Of a DNA stretch of 64,000 nt, positions 48,200-60,019 are shown piece after piece (position 1 is the first letter of the stretch; every line of letters starts with the position of its first letter). The translations under genes and the position numbers were made by a program. The DNA comes from Asterias rubens (taxonomy: Eukaryota), in assembly GCF_902459465.1 (NCBI RefSeq), contig NC_047064.1:13206001-13270000 (forward strand), in the 5' to 3' direction. The notes beneath the pieces are model-generated. The model was not told the origin of the DNA, made no database searches, and saw nothing but the letters and a program-made list of their open reading frames with translations.

Positions 48200-48941
48200 C
48201 CACGAAGGAGGACAAGTTATTATCATTTCTCGTAGTACGTCCGCAGCGTAGAGAGTACCCTGCTGTGTGTGTGGCTCATCACTGTCATGCAATATAGACG
48301 ATGCGCGGTTTAGCTCATCTTCTCGTAGTATTTGTCTCTGGAGGCAACGGATGTACTGTTTTGCCTGTGGAAGATAGAAATAGCACTGGGCCTTTGCTTT
48401 GAATACATGTAGTTTTCTTTAGCTCCAGACTGGATAGTAATCACGTGCCTCCCCTCACTCGGTAGAATCGGACGGAGGGATCCTCGGGGGTTCTCGGACG
48501 GAGAGGGGAAAGTGGAAGGAAGAGAGAAAGAGAGAAGAAGATGACTTTGGGATTTGATTTCCATGTGTGTGTCTTCTGTTACTGATTACTGGAGGGTCGA
48601 AACGGTTGCCCAGTGTGGCCTAGCTGTGGGAGTTTTTATCGTCCGACTTATTTACGAGCTGGAGAAAGAAAAAAAACGGAAAAGATGTTTTGCTACAGAC
48701 GGCTTGGGTTGGTGATGATGAGATGTTTGTGTGGATTTTGAACTCTACATACTGTAGTCGCATTGATTGCTTGGAAAGGGAATTTGTTGTCTTCTTGTAC
48801 ATGTTGATGGTAGCAAGATGTATGCAGTTATCTATTGAGTACGATATTCTTAGGACAACCGTAGAGAAGCGACAATTTCATTTGGAAATCTAAATATATC
48901 TTCAGATTGGATAACAAGACTTCTCTGTCATCAAGAAATTT
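48200..48941 (+). promoter_or_regulatory. CpG-rich internal promoter or non-coding exon candidate
   Basis: CpG-rich unique sequence, E-box CACGTG at 48442, GA-rich tract at 48500-48541, donor aaattt|GTaagt at 48942. Confidence 0.4.
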
Positions 48942-49374
48942 GTAAGTGTAGCATGGTTTCTTGGTTTATATACTTTAATTTTGTTTCTTTTTTTAGAAGG
49001 TTCTTTCACTGGTTTACTCAAGAAATTTTGTCACCAAACATTGCATGGACAATGTTTTTGATGCCGATGTTTAGATGTGAGGTTGATAAAAAAAGATGAT
49101 TCGATGATTCATTTTTTTTTTTTTTTTTTTTTTTTTTTAGGAAAGGGTGAATTAGGGCACACTTCATAAGTTGCCTGTTTGACATGTTGTACCTACGTAA
49201 CTTCTTGGATTTATCATGAAAGGAAGTAAGCAAACCTGTTAAGATTTCTCCTAGTCTTTGAGAAAACGGTGATGATATTCTTCCAATATTTATTTTTGTG
49301 ACAGTTAAGCCACAGTCAGAGCCTCTAATTTAGACATGGCTTACAATACATCTGGTTTGTGAGATGTCGAGGGT

Positions 49375-49560
49375 CTATAGCAGTGGAATTTAAGTTCTGT
49401 TAATTTACAGAATATGGGTTTGATTCCTAGCCTGGTCAACCGGGACACTTGTGTCCTTGAGCAAGACACTTTATCATAATTGCTTCTCTCCACCCAGGAG
49501 GACAAAGTGGATACAGGTGTGAGCCGGGAGTATTCTCAGTCGTTTGATGCCAAGCAAACC
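49375..49560 (+). mobile_element. CORE/Meta-like SINE, degraded
   Basis: gacacttgtgtccttgagcaagacactt...ttgcttctctccacccagg. Confidence 0.75.
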
Positions 49561-49704
49561 AGATATAAACACCATCCCGATGAGGTGGGGAAAATGGTTT
49601 TTTTACTTACATGTACTTCTGGTTGGAATGATTGGTGTAGAAGAAAGACGAGATGTCCTAACCATACATGTACATTATTACAATATGTAGGACCTTCTCA
49701 AAGC

Positions 49705-50165
49705 CAGTACCTGTAGATCATTAACTATTAATTTCAAAATCCCACTGTTGACTTTAAAAGCCCTTAATGGTCTAGCCCCAGTGTATATATACATGTATAG
49801 TAAGAGACGTCTTGTGTAAATATCATCCTCGGTGCGATCTGAGATCTTCAAACAAAATACTGTTGAACATTCCTAGATCTCATTCTTCATGTTGTAATGT
49901 AGCTTTGTTTCATTTGCACCAAAGCTGTGCAATGATCTACCCTATCAACTCTGTATACTTGAGTCCTTACAGATCATCTATACAGATCATCAAAAGCCAG
50001 CTTAAGACTCATCTCTTTGAATCTGCTTTCATTAATTTCATTGCACTTGTCATCTCCATTTGAAAATCTGTCAAATCTTTTTTTCTTAACTTGTTCCTTC
50101 ACTTTGCTAAGCGCCTTGAAATAGGCAACTAGAATGACATGAATGGTGGCACTCTTCAAAACGCC
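49705..50165 (+). mobile_element. L2-clade LINE 3' fragment, decayed
   Basis: FKIPLLT.KALNGLAPVYI ... YHPRCDLRSSNKILLNIPRS ... SQLKTHLFESAF across frameshifts. Confidence 0.85.
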
Positions 50166-50604
50166 TTCAAAATGATTGACTGGTTTATTACCCATGTGGC
50201 TTTGGTAGGCTTGGTTGATCCGTTAGATCTTCACAAAGATACATTTTGACTGTATTTATGCATGGACAACCACCTTCGCACAACGGTGGACATTTCCATT
50301 AAAAGTAATCAGAACCCTTGCAGTGTTGTCCCTTTAACATGTTTAACAGTGCCCTGCTGGCTGAATGGAAGTTAAAACTACCGTGGACCAGTCAAAATTC
50401 TCTCCATGTAGTCTTGCTTGCTAGTTAATTGCTTCCTACTGCAAAATGTATGTAAACCATGTATGCATGCCCAGCTAGTAGATGAAACATAGAGAAGAGT
50501 CTGAGATAGAGGAGGGATGGAGGACCAGTGAAATGAAAAGCCAACTGGTCCCACTGGCTAGTCAGTAAGAAAAGGGCAAACCCAAAGTTTGGTGGATAGT
50601 AGCG

Positions 50605-50775
50605 CACGCCTGTATGCTTTGTATTTGAGAGGGCAAGGGCACCAAGGTATTTTTTTCCTTGGTAAAGGGCACTCTATGAGGAAATTGAAAAAATTCTACT
50701 GGAGCATTTCCAGGGCACCAAGGCAATGACCAGGGGGCATGGAGGTAATTACCTTTGTTGCCTCCAGGAAGTATC
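50605..50775 (+). mobile_element. CAGGCCTG-ended MITE copy
   Basis: cacgcctgtatgc...gggcaagggcaccaagg...gggcaccaaggcaatgacc. Confidence 0.8.
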
Positions 50776-51362
50776 GTATCAGTGCATGCCCAGCTAGTTC
50801 AAAGACGAAAAAATGAGGCTTGTCCAGTTCACAGGACAGTATTCAACTTTTACTTTCATTATCCCTGTTCTGTTCGGTTGACTCTACCAAGCCTAGGATC
50901 TCCTAGCGAGTCCTTGATCAAATTTTCTTGAATTCAGGCTGACGACTGATGGTAATTGTGACACATACGGAATGCGCTCTCCAATCGTACTGCGATCAAT
51001 AGTGCATTGAGTCACACTGGATTCTCAGTGGTTTAAGGGTCAGGGATTTATACAGGAGCTCCAGCAATGTGTAAAGAACTATCTGCAGTTATGCAGGCAA
51101 AAATGTCTGTTATTTTGTATAAACGCTGCCAGCGTTTTTTTCTTCTTCTTGTATTCGGAGATGGTGGATGTACTTTTGGGTTTAAAGGAGGCTGGTCATT
51201 GCCCAGCAATCTGGTAGCTTGCAAAATTCAGTAAGCAAAAGAGTGCACAAATAAGAACCATAACAACAAAGGGAACTAGGAGATGGATAGTGAAGGGGAA
51301 AAAGTAATAGGAAAATGCTTGTTTGACTTCTAAGACACACATTTTCTGTTATAAAATAAATT

Positions 51363-51510
51363 CAAGCCTGATACTTCAAAGAGGCATTGCATGCATACAT
51401 GGTACCACAGCGCTTTACAATTGCAATTGCCTCCATGCCCTGTGGTTAGTGCCCATTAAAATGCCCTTACATTTCTATGTTAAAGGTGCCCTCTGCCATG
51501 TCTCCTAAGA
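51363..51510 (-). mobile_element. CAGGCCTG-family MITE, degraded
   Basis: caagcctgatacttc...ttgcctccatgccc. Confidence 0.6.
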
Positions 51511-52138
51511 AAAACTGTCTTGTACAGTGTGTGTACAAGTTCAAAGTATCACAAGGACTGTCATTGTAAAAAAGTGGAAAATGTGACTACAGTTTTTTCA
51601 TAATAATAATAGGAAGAACACTTACAAACACGCTGGTATCCGTCAAGTCATAACACTCATGGCAGGGAACGAAATACAAACTAGATACTATAATAACATA
51701 GCAACATTTCAAAACAGCATATAAAAAGCTATCATTTAATACAAAACCGATAGCTGAAACTAAGCCAAACTACTTTTCTGGAAGAGATGGGTAGCATCAC
51801 TTGACTGCATCTTAGTTGCATTAAGTAATTAAAAGTATTGATATATATGAGTGTTCAACTCTGAAATTTCGAGCAGTCATTTTTCAAATTTCCCAAACGT
51901 CAAGTCTTCAATTAGTTGCTGTATACAATGCAATCGTAAATGCATCTTTGAATGTCACAACTTGTTAGAATATTTTACTGGTTGAATGGAAAGGTCAATC
52001 GCTTCTCCTCATGTTTGTCTAAGGAGCGTAGTGGTACATGTACATTTTCAATCGTACGGAGGATCTACATGTATATCAACACTGTACAGAGCGATGTGCA
52101 ATTTATCTCTCTGTGAAGATATACTTTGTTCAAGCTCA

Positions 52139-52498
52139 AGACACTGGACACTATTGGTAATTGTCAAAGACCAGTCTTCTCGTTTAGTGTATCTCAACAT
52201 ACATGTATGCACAATATAACAAACATGCGAAAATTTTAGCCCAATTGGTCGTCGAAAGTTGCGAAGTTGAATCAAGACCTCAAAATTTCAAAATCTAATT
52301 CTGAGGTCTTGAAACCAAATTCGTGGAAAATAATTTCTTTCTTGAAAACTATGTGACTTTAGAGGAAGCCATTTCTCACAATGTTTTATACCATCATTAG
52401 CTCCCCATTACTCGTTACTATGTAAGTTTTTATGCTAATTAAAGTAAGTTTTTATGCTAATAATTATTTTGAGTAATTACCAATAGTATGCGTTGCCT
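52139..52498 (+). mobile_element. Kolobok-like TTAA MITE (family A)
   Basis: agacactggacactattggtaattgtcaaagacc ... ttgcct|ctaa; internal 18-bp duplication gtaagtttttatgctaat. Confidence 0.85.
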
Positions 52499-53619
52499 CT
52501 AAGGAAAGGATATATGTTTGGTAATCACCCTAAAAACTAACGGCAATATAAACTTTGGGTGAGAAGCCTATGGCATTTGTGGAGAGCACAAGGCATTATT
52601 TTTATTAGCTGATTTTACATGTAGCTGAGTGGTACATTCTCAATCGTTCATAATGATATGATCTACAACATCAACATACTGTACGCAGTGATGTCCAATT
52701 TATATCCATGCATTCTCTGGAGTGTGTATGATATTGTTCCAACTTTATTCTGATTTCTGAATTATTTTTGTTTGCCCTTTGGAAAACTCAGAAGAAATTG
52801 TGACTAAAAGCTACCGTATTAACATCTTCAAAACTACCTTCGGTTAAGCAAGTTACTTTTCAGAGCTGCGCTTCTGGATAAATTTTCACACCGCAAATCA
52901 CACCGCATAGCAGCCCTACCTACATCTTGTGGCTAGAGAAGAAATCTTCATATATGCATCTTTGAATGGGGTCACCAGAATAATATTTCACTCCTCACAA
53001 CACATTGTGTATATCTACACTCGCATTCAGTATTGGCGTCTAGGATTACTAGCCTGGCAGCCAGTCTGCCATCCCGCAGAAGTACGTTATGATCTACAGT
53101 TCCTCGATCGTCAGTTCCATCCGGTTTTCTCTGTGTCCCAACCGATGTATCCAAAGCTCTCCCTTAGCGAGATTAGGTATGAATTATTCATAGCCATTTT
53201 TATGTAGGGCAGTAGGTTTGTTGTATTTGGTGACATAAACTACGCGCTCAACAGCTTCAAGATGTTTTAATTGGAGTGGTCGGTTTAAAGCTTTTAATTA
53301 CATGACGGTTTGATGTTTTTTGTTGTGTCGTCGATATTGGTGGCTGATGGAAATGTTAATTAATGAGGGTTTAGTGCATGTTGGCGTTAGCTTGCTTTGG
53401 GTAATTTGACGCCATGGAGTATTGTGTGTAAAATTGTTCCGCACTGCACATAATACAGTGATGTACATGTACGTAGATGAATTGGACACATAAGGTAGGG
53501 CGTAGTGGTCATGCTGCTCGACATGCTTGAGGAAACTGAGTCTGTTTACTAAAGTCGTGTTTGAGCCAATATGTCTCATCAGGCCTGTGTTTATATCCGG
53601 TTTCCTTGACATTAAACGA

Positions 53620-54065
53620 CTGAGAATATGTTGTAGCCTCCTGGAGGAATGCCAGTCCATTGCATGTTACTATCCCAGGTTTCCCCGATACCCATTTGTA
53701 CTCCTGGGTGGAGAGAAGTGATTGTAATAAAGTGCCTTGCTCATGGAGACAAGTGACTGACCAGCACCCAATTTCACAGAGCTGCTAAGCACAAAAACTT
53801 GCTCAGAACTTGCATGAAATTTCTTCCTTGATAAAAACAGGATTACAAACCAAATTTCCATTTGCTGCATGCTTGTTTGGTATTCAGCTGTTGCTTGAAA
53901 TCCTGAAAATCACGTGGAAATTTGGTTGGTAATCCAGTTTTTATCGAGGAAGAAATGTCATGCTAAGCAAATTTTTGTTGCTTAGCAGCTCTGTGAAATT
54001 GGGCCCAGGCCGCATTTTGTAAATTATAGAACTTGAGTCTACCATCATAGACCACTCGGCCACAA
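53620..54065 (-). mobile_element. CORE/Meta-like SINE split by a Harbinger-like MITE (53765-54005)
   Basis: SINE halves flank cag|cacccaatttcacagagctgct...agcagctctgtgaaattgggcc|cag. Confidence 0.75.
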
Positions 54066-54591
54066 CACCCATATATAGTGGGGACCTGATAACAAAAGTG
54101 GTCAATAATAACAACACTACTGTATGTGGACCTACAAATGTAAGGACATAATTACCGCTCTAGATTTTCGGTGATACTGTATCTCAAAAACGCTACTGAA
54201 ATAAAATATTCACATGGTTAGTTTTATTGTATATAGGATTAAAACAGTGGCATGGTTTCAAAAACCAAAGGTTTACGTTCCCTTTAAGCCCATCCAACTG
54301 AAATCTTGTCTTTTTCTGTGGGTGCTGTCTTTTCTCATAACATCATTCTATTCAACTGGGACTGCAGCTGTGGTTGCTAACCATCCTCCATGTAGAAGAT
54401 AAATAATTCAGGAAGCGTAGTGTACTTTGGATTCAGAATACTAATATGGCCAATAGCAGTTCTTGGAAGCGCTATATCCTCCAGTGTGCTTGACAAATTG
54501 AAGTTGTTTTCCATTGATGCATCATGACGGTTGAGTCATCTGTGAACCCAATATGCCATTTGTATCTCAATGGTTTCCCATCAACCTTTAA

Positions 54592-54990
54592 GGGTTTTGG
54601 ATACCTTTTGTAGATCAAGTTTTTGGCCATGACATGAATCCCTACTTTTCACTGTGAAATAATATGTATATGTACACTGTACATGTAGTTTAATTTACCT
54701 GTGGAAGTTTCAGCTTAGAACATTAGTTGTCAAGTTTTTGAGAGAGAAAAAAGTGCAAATCACAGAGGAGTGTTTTCAGGAGAGTCACGTAAATCCGTCC
54801 TACACGCTTAACAAGGTTTTGTCGCATTGAAATGGCAAATATTTATGTTTGTACTCATTTCTCCACAACAAAAATACAGCACCTCAGCAAGTAATATGTT
54901 AATGACAGCTGTCTACCATCATTATCTTTCAACATTTGAAAGTTTAATGTAAATCTGTGGACATTTGTGTTTTGTGTAAAAAAGTACCCT
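54592..54990. mobile_element. Kolobok-like TTAA MITE (family B)
   Basis: TTAA|gggttttggatacc ... aaaaagtaccct|TTAA. Confidence 0.7.
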
Positions 54991-54994
54991 TTAA

Positions 54995-55339
54995 AGGATT
55001 TGGGTACTTTTTGTAACACAAAACACTACAACTTGCACCGATTGAAGATAATGACAGTAAAAAGTGTACCTCAAAATATTAGTTGCTGAGGTGATGTAGT
55101 TTTTGAGAAATGAGTAAAACAATGTCATGAAAATATGTTTTTACATGCTAAAGTAATTTTTGTCTCATGAAAATTATTTTCATGACATTGTTTTACTTAT
55201 TTCTCAAAAACTACAGCACCTCAGCAAGTTATATTTTCAGGGAAGCTTTCTACTACTATTATCTTCAAATTGTGTTAGTTTAGTGTAAATCTTTAGATAT
55301 TATGGTGGTTTTTTGTCCTACAAAAAGTACATAGACCCT
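54995..55339. mobile_element. Palindromic Kolobok-like TTAA MITE (family B)
   Basis: TTAA-flanked; 53-bp internal arms at 55083-55135 and 55175-55227 with 2 mismatches. Confidence 0.85.
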
Positions 55340-55649
55340 TTAATCAAGAAATTGTCTTTTATTGGTAACGCTTGATGATGTTCAAGTTTTCATTTATTTA
55401 CAAATATGATAACCCACATAATGTTTTCGTGGAAATAGTTTCCCCAGAGGCAGTGACATCCATCTTACTAAAACCCTGACTCACCCCCCCCCCCCCCCAA
55501 CCTCCTTCCATTTGCTCCCCCCCCCCCCCCCACGCATAAGTATCATACACAGCCTTCCCATACTTGCCTCATGCCTGAAGATCCAAAGCTGTACTGATTT
55601 AAACGGAAACTACTATGGTAGATCATTGATCAAGGACTGTGGTTTGTCA

Positions 55650-55752
55650 TTTTGGTTTACACTAACTTAGATTTGTGTTACATGTAGCACTATATACTCA
55701 GTACTTTTCTAGGGTTCTGTGAACAAAAAATCGCAGGCATATTATTCATGGG
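55650..55752 (-). mobile_element. tRNA-derived SINE, second family, fragment
   Basis: gcactatatactcagtacttt...ctgtgaacaaaaaatcgcaggcatatta. Confidence 0.65.
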
Positions 55753-55936
55753 TTTATTTAGTAAAGATATTGATTGTATAAAAATATTCTCAGACAGTGT
55801 CCATGTTTTGTGTGATCAATGAGGTACATGAAGTAACAAACCTATGAAAATTTTGGCTTATTCCGTTGTGTGAGTCAGGAAAGCATTTAGTGAAAAACCA
55901 TGCATGATGATTAGCATGTAATTCTGTTGTCCTTAA

Positions 55937-56332
55937 AGACTCTGGACACTGTTGGTAATTGACAAAGACTAGTCTTCTCACTTGGTGTATCTCAACATAT
56001 GCATAAAATAACAAACCTGTGAAAATTTGAGCTCAATCAGTCCTCAAAGATGCAAGATATTAATGAAAGAAAAAAAACCCTTGTCGTACCATGGTCACAC
56101 GAAGTTGTGTGCTTTCAAATGCTTGATTTCAAGACCTCAAATTCTTAATCTGAGGTCTCAAAATTAAATTCATGGAAAACTACTTCTTTCTCGAAAACTA
56201 GTAACTACGTCACTTCAGAGGGAGCTGTTTCTCACAATGTTTTATAATATCAACCTCTCCACATTACTCGTAATCAAGAAAGGTTTTAAGTTAATATTTG
56301 TTTTGCGTAATTACCAAACGTGTTTAGTCCCT
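55937..56332 (+). mobile_element. Kolobok-like TTAA MITE (family A)
   Basis: TTAA|agactctggacactg ... gtgtttagtccct|TTAA. Confidence 0.88.
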
Positions 56333-56594
56333 TTAAGTTTGCAGCAGCTGCTGCATTTTGAAAAAAATGATACATGTGAGAAACTACAGATTAATTAAAA
56401 TGTCCATCACAACGTGTGTGGATTATTTTTCATCATATCAACCCTTAGCCAATTCTCATCTGTTTTATAAATCAAGAGAGACTGATTATTTGGTGATATT
56501 AAAGTTTATTTTGAGACTGTCAGTTGTTTCATGTCATACTGACGGGGGACCTCCATTTTTTTAATTAGAATCACCAGTCTACCGATGGCACGCT

Positions 56595-57060
56595 ATGGAT
56601 GTCAAACTCAAATTAAAGAAAACCGCAATCACCGATTACAGGACATGTAATCAGTAATCAGCAAAGTGCCATAACAGGCTCTATTGCTTACTACTCTTAC
56701 ATTCTAATTTCCTCTTACATATTTGTGTACATGTTCTGGTGAAGCTGCAATGCAGTGTGTACAGTTTTAATCTCAAAGCTATAGTTATTGTTTTTCTCTC
56801 TTTTTGGATGACACACTATGGATGTAAAATTCAAAAGAATGAAACCGCTATCACCCCTTAGACAGTAATCAGTAAACCAAGTGATCAGTTAACATGGTTA
56901 AGTGCCATAACAGGCTCCAATTGCTGCCTATTCTAACATTCTAATATGGCAGATTATTTGTGTACTTGTAAACCATGTTTTGGTGAAGCTGCATTGAAGA
57001 GTGCAGTTTTAATCCCGAAGCCAATTGTTATTTTTCTCTCCCCTTTTGGAACTGATATGG
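56595..57060. repeat. Diverged tandem duplication, about 230-bp unit
   Basis: aagtgccataacaggctc...acattctaat...tatttgtgtac...tggtgaagctgca...cagttttaatc...tttttctctc occurs twice. Confidence 0.85.
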
Positions 57061-57459
57061 TGAGTCAGATGAATTGATATTTCTTACTTGGCCTTGTCTT
57101 GTTGTGAATTGTTTTCCCACTGTCAGCAACAGATCAACCTTAAAGGGGATGGATCATCTTGGGGTACTCAGAGATTTGACTTAATTTCAACATTCATAAC
57201 GTATGTTTGTGCCGTTAAAGAAAACGTCTCATTTTTTGTTTGCACATTGCAAGTTTGTCACATAAGAGGCGGAAAACCACTCGTGGTAAGGGTCTACAGC
57301 AAGAAAATATTTTAAGATGAAAGTAACTCAGGAGAGCCGAAGAAAGAAGTTGATACTCCTAAAACAGTCTAGATTGTAGGATGGAGGGAAACATGCAACA
57401 GGCAAGGTGTTCCAAAGATATGCTGTACATGGAATAAAGCCAAAACAAAATTTATTTTT

Positions 57460-57616
57460 GTGACATTGTCTATAACTCATTTCTCAAAAACTACAGCATC
57501 CCAGCAAGTAATGTTTTAAGGGAAGCTTTCTACTATCATTATCTTCAAACTGTTTTAAGTTTAATGTAAATCTGTGGACATTGTGTTTTGTGTCTTACAA
57601 AAAGTACCCATACCCT
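57460..57616. mobile_element. Family B MITE right arm
   Basis: tttctcaaaaactacagca...aaaaagtacccataccct|TTAA. Confidence 0.75.
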
Positions 57617-58719
57617 TTAATGTCTCTTGCTTGCCCAGCGGATTGTTTCCAGCGTTAGGGATGGCTTTTCTTGATTGGTATCTCTCACCTTGAATCATAA
57701 CAAGACACTTTGCTGATGAGAAACGAGCCAGGCTCGACTGGGAATATTGGCCTCCGTCATTAAACTGCGTGGGGCTTTGGAAGATCATTCATGCAGTGTT
57801 TTATGGCTGCTAGAATTTTGAATAACGCAGATACCCTGTCTTTTGTTGGCTTAAATGTTTGTAATTATTTGTGTCTATGCCTTGGTTTTCATTGGTTTAG
57901 CTACCTTTTGAGACTCGGTGCAAAAGGAGTTCTAATAAACATTCTAATACATGACACATTTTTTCTTGATCTCATATTTGGTACTGAAGTAATTCTAGTC
58001 TAGGTTTACCCTAACTTATATGAGGTTAACAGTTATTAAAACTTTTCAGTAAGGTAATTACAGACAAAGTAATCCTAAAAGTACATGTACATCACAAACG
58101 TAACGTGAGTAACCGTTGAATTGCCCCAATAGTATCGCAAGACTGTGAGAGTTTCTGTAGATTTGTACATCAATGACAATCAAAATGAAAGTGTCCAGGC
58201 GGCTCCACTGTACAATGGGCGTTCTCTCCGGCCAACCATAGTGGGACACCAGATTGACTGTTCCATATACATGTACCTCAATGAAATTAACTCAGCGGTC
58301 ACCTCAGACGAAATTTATTAGATCTGTCCGCTTAAGCGTATCTGCTGATCCCCGAGATTGTCAGTTTGTTCAGAGATTTTCTCTCACAGTGACCAAAAAG
58401 CCTTCTGGCAAAATAGGAAGCGACAACTAATGCTGGACTCAATCTGCGACAAAATTAGCATACTCTTGCAAGAACACTGATGGAGGATTTGGGTTTATGC
58501 TCCTATGGTTTGTACAAAATATAGTAGTTAAAGTGGATCTCAGACATTTATTGATTTTTGTATCAAATGCAACCTTAAGTGTAGAATACCATTAGAAAGC
58601 ACCACATGTTATACCAGCTGTAGAATTGTTCGTATTTTGTTGAAGTTATTGTTTTGTGGAGACAACAAATACTGGCAATTCCCCTTGTTTCTTTGTGTGG
58701 GTTACTCGGCGTGTTACTT

Positions 58720-58990
58720 CACAGAGGCAATGGCAACCGTTGCCTCTGTTGCCCCTGGTCATTGCCTCGGTGCCCCTCAAGGATTCCTCACGGAGGTGCC
58801 CTTTTAGCAAAGAGAAAAACGCCTTGGTGCCCTTGCCCTTTACACAAATGAAGCATCAGTCCTGTTGCTTACTGCATTGCAAAATACAAATAATATGCAG
58901 GCCCGATACTTCATGGAGACAACAGAGGCAATAATTGCCTCCATGCCCCTTGCCATTGCTTTGCTGCCCTCTGAGTGAAATGTTCAAATA
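58720..58990 (-). mobile_element. Two adjacent CAGGCCTG-family fragments
   Basis: ggtcattgcctcggtgcccc...gccttggtgcccttgccc...cagtcctg, then caggcccgatacttc. Confidence 0.7.
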
Positions 58991-59874
58991 GAAACGTTAG
59001 TCTTCTTCAATCATGTAGAGTTTCCCTTTATCACAGGGGAAAAAAACACTGTGTCCTTACAAAAAAACAAAGTACATGGGGGCATGTGCAAGGACATTAT
59101 ACTGCAATACATCATGGAGCAAGATTTTGAAGTATCGTTTTACATGATGTACCTGTACTGAGTAGACAGCAATCATAGTATTATTGGAGCAGCTATGATT
59201 TCACCCACGCCCCATTAAGTCTTGAGTTTCAGGCTCTTTGCCATTTCTTGAATATTTCATCCTGGGATGGTACTGGACAATATAAGCATTCTTGGATGCA
59301 AATTGCTTTTATGAAACAGATTTATTGGCTCCCCTCAAGTTGTCAGTTGATACATGTAGGTGATAGGAAATCTTCTCCTACAGCCCTGGGCATGCTGGAC
59401 ACGGGATGGCAGGTTAAAAGCACCCATTGGACTTGGTGGAATATCCTAGGACTGTATTTTTAAATTGTTACGTTGCCCATTTGCTCGGTTAGTTTACCTT
59501 AAAAAAATCAAATGGGCACAGGGTTTAAGACAAATAAATTCGGCTGTTCTTAAATCTAGAGTTTATGCATTTGATAGTACTCTTTTTATTTTTTAGGGTT
59601 CCTGAGTGCATACCTACATAAAACCTTTTTACAGGGAGAAGTTTTTGATTTTGTTCATAAAGTGATGTGTAAGCCAGAGATAATCATCATTGATTAATCT
59701 GTTTGGTATTTGGCATGAGATACGTACATATACATTGTATGTACACTGCATGCGCAGTTTGTCTGGTGGCTATCACAAACTAAATAAACATATGAGGAAT
59801 TTGATATCTGCTGATATTAGAATTAGAATCCAACTCCAAATATGGCCAATTTCAGACCTTGATTTTCTTTCTTG

Positions 59875-60019
59875 AACAGGCACAGCAATTTTTCTCTGGT
59901 GAGAGGCACTTCTATGAGGATAATGTTACTTTGTATTGAAACTTTGCACAGGGCACCACAGCAAAAACACCAGGCATCATTTTAATTAATGTGGGTGTCG
60001 CAGGTTATTTTGAGGCCTG
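59875..60019 (+). mobile_element. CAGGCCTG-family MITE, degraded
   Basis: gggcaccacagcaaa core; ends gaggcctg. Confidence 0.5.

Noticed and set aside
48582-48606. ctgatta...gtcgaaac as a hammerhead
   Set aside because: The core has U at position 8 without covariation and no stem II.
50482-50565. MKHREESEIEEGW... with a phase-2 donor as an alternative APC first coding exon
   Set aside because: The phase fits, but there is no homology, promoter signal or other support.
57714-57740. CTGATGA followed by GAAAC as a hammerhead
   Set aside because: No stem II between the boxes and no stem I pairing.
58389-58479. Good acceptor followed by DQKAFWQNRKRQLML...
   Set aside because: An in-frame stop occurs before any convincing donor and it is not APC-like.
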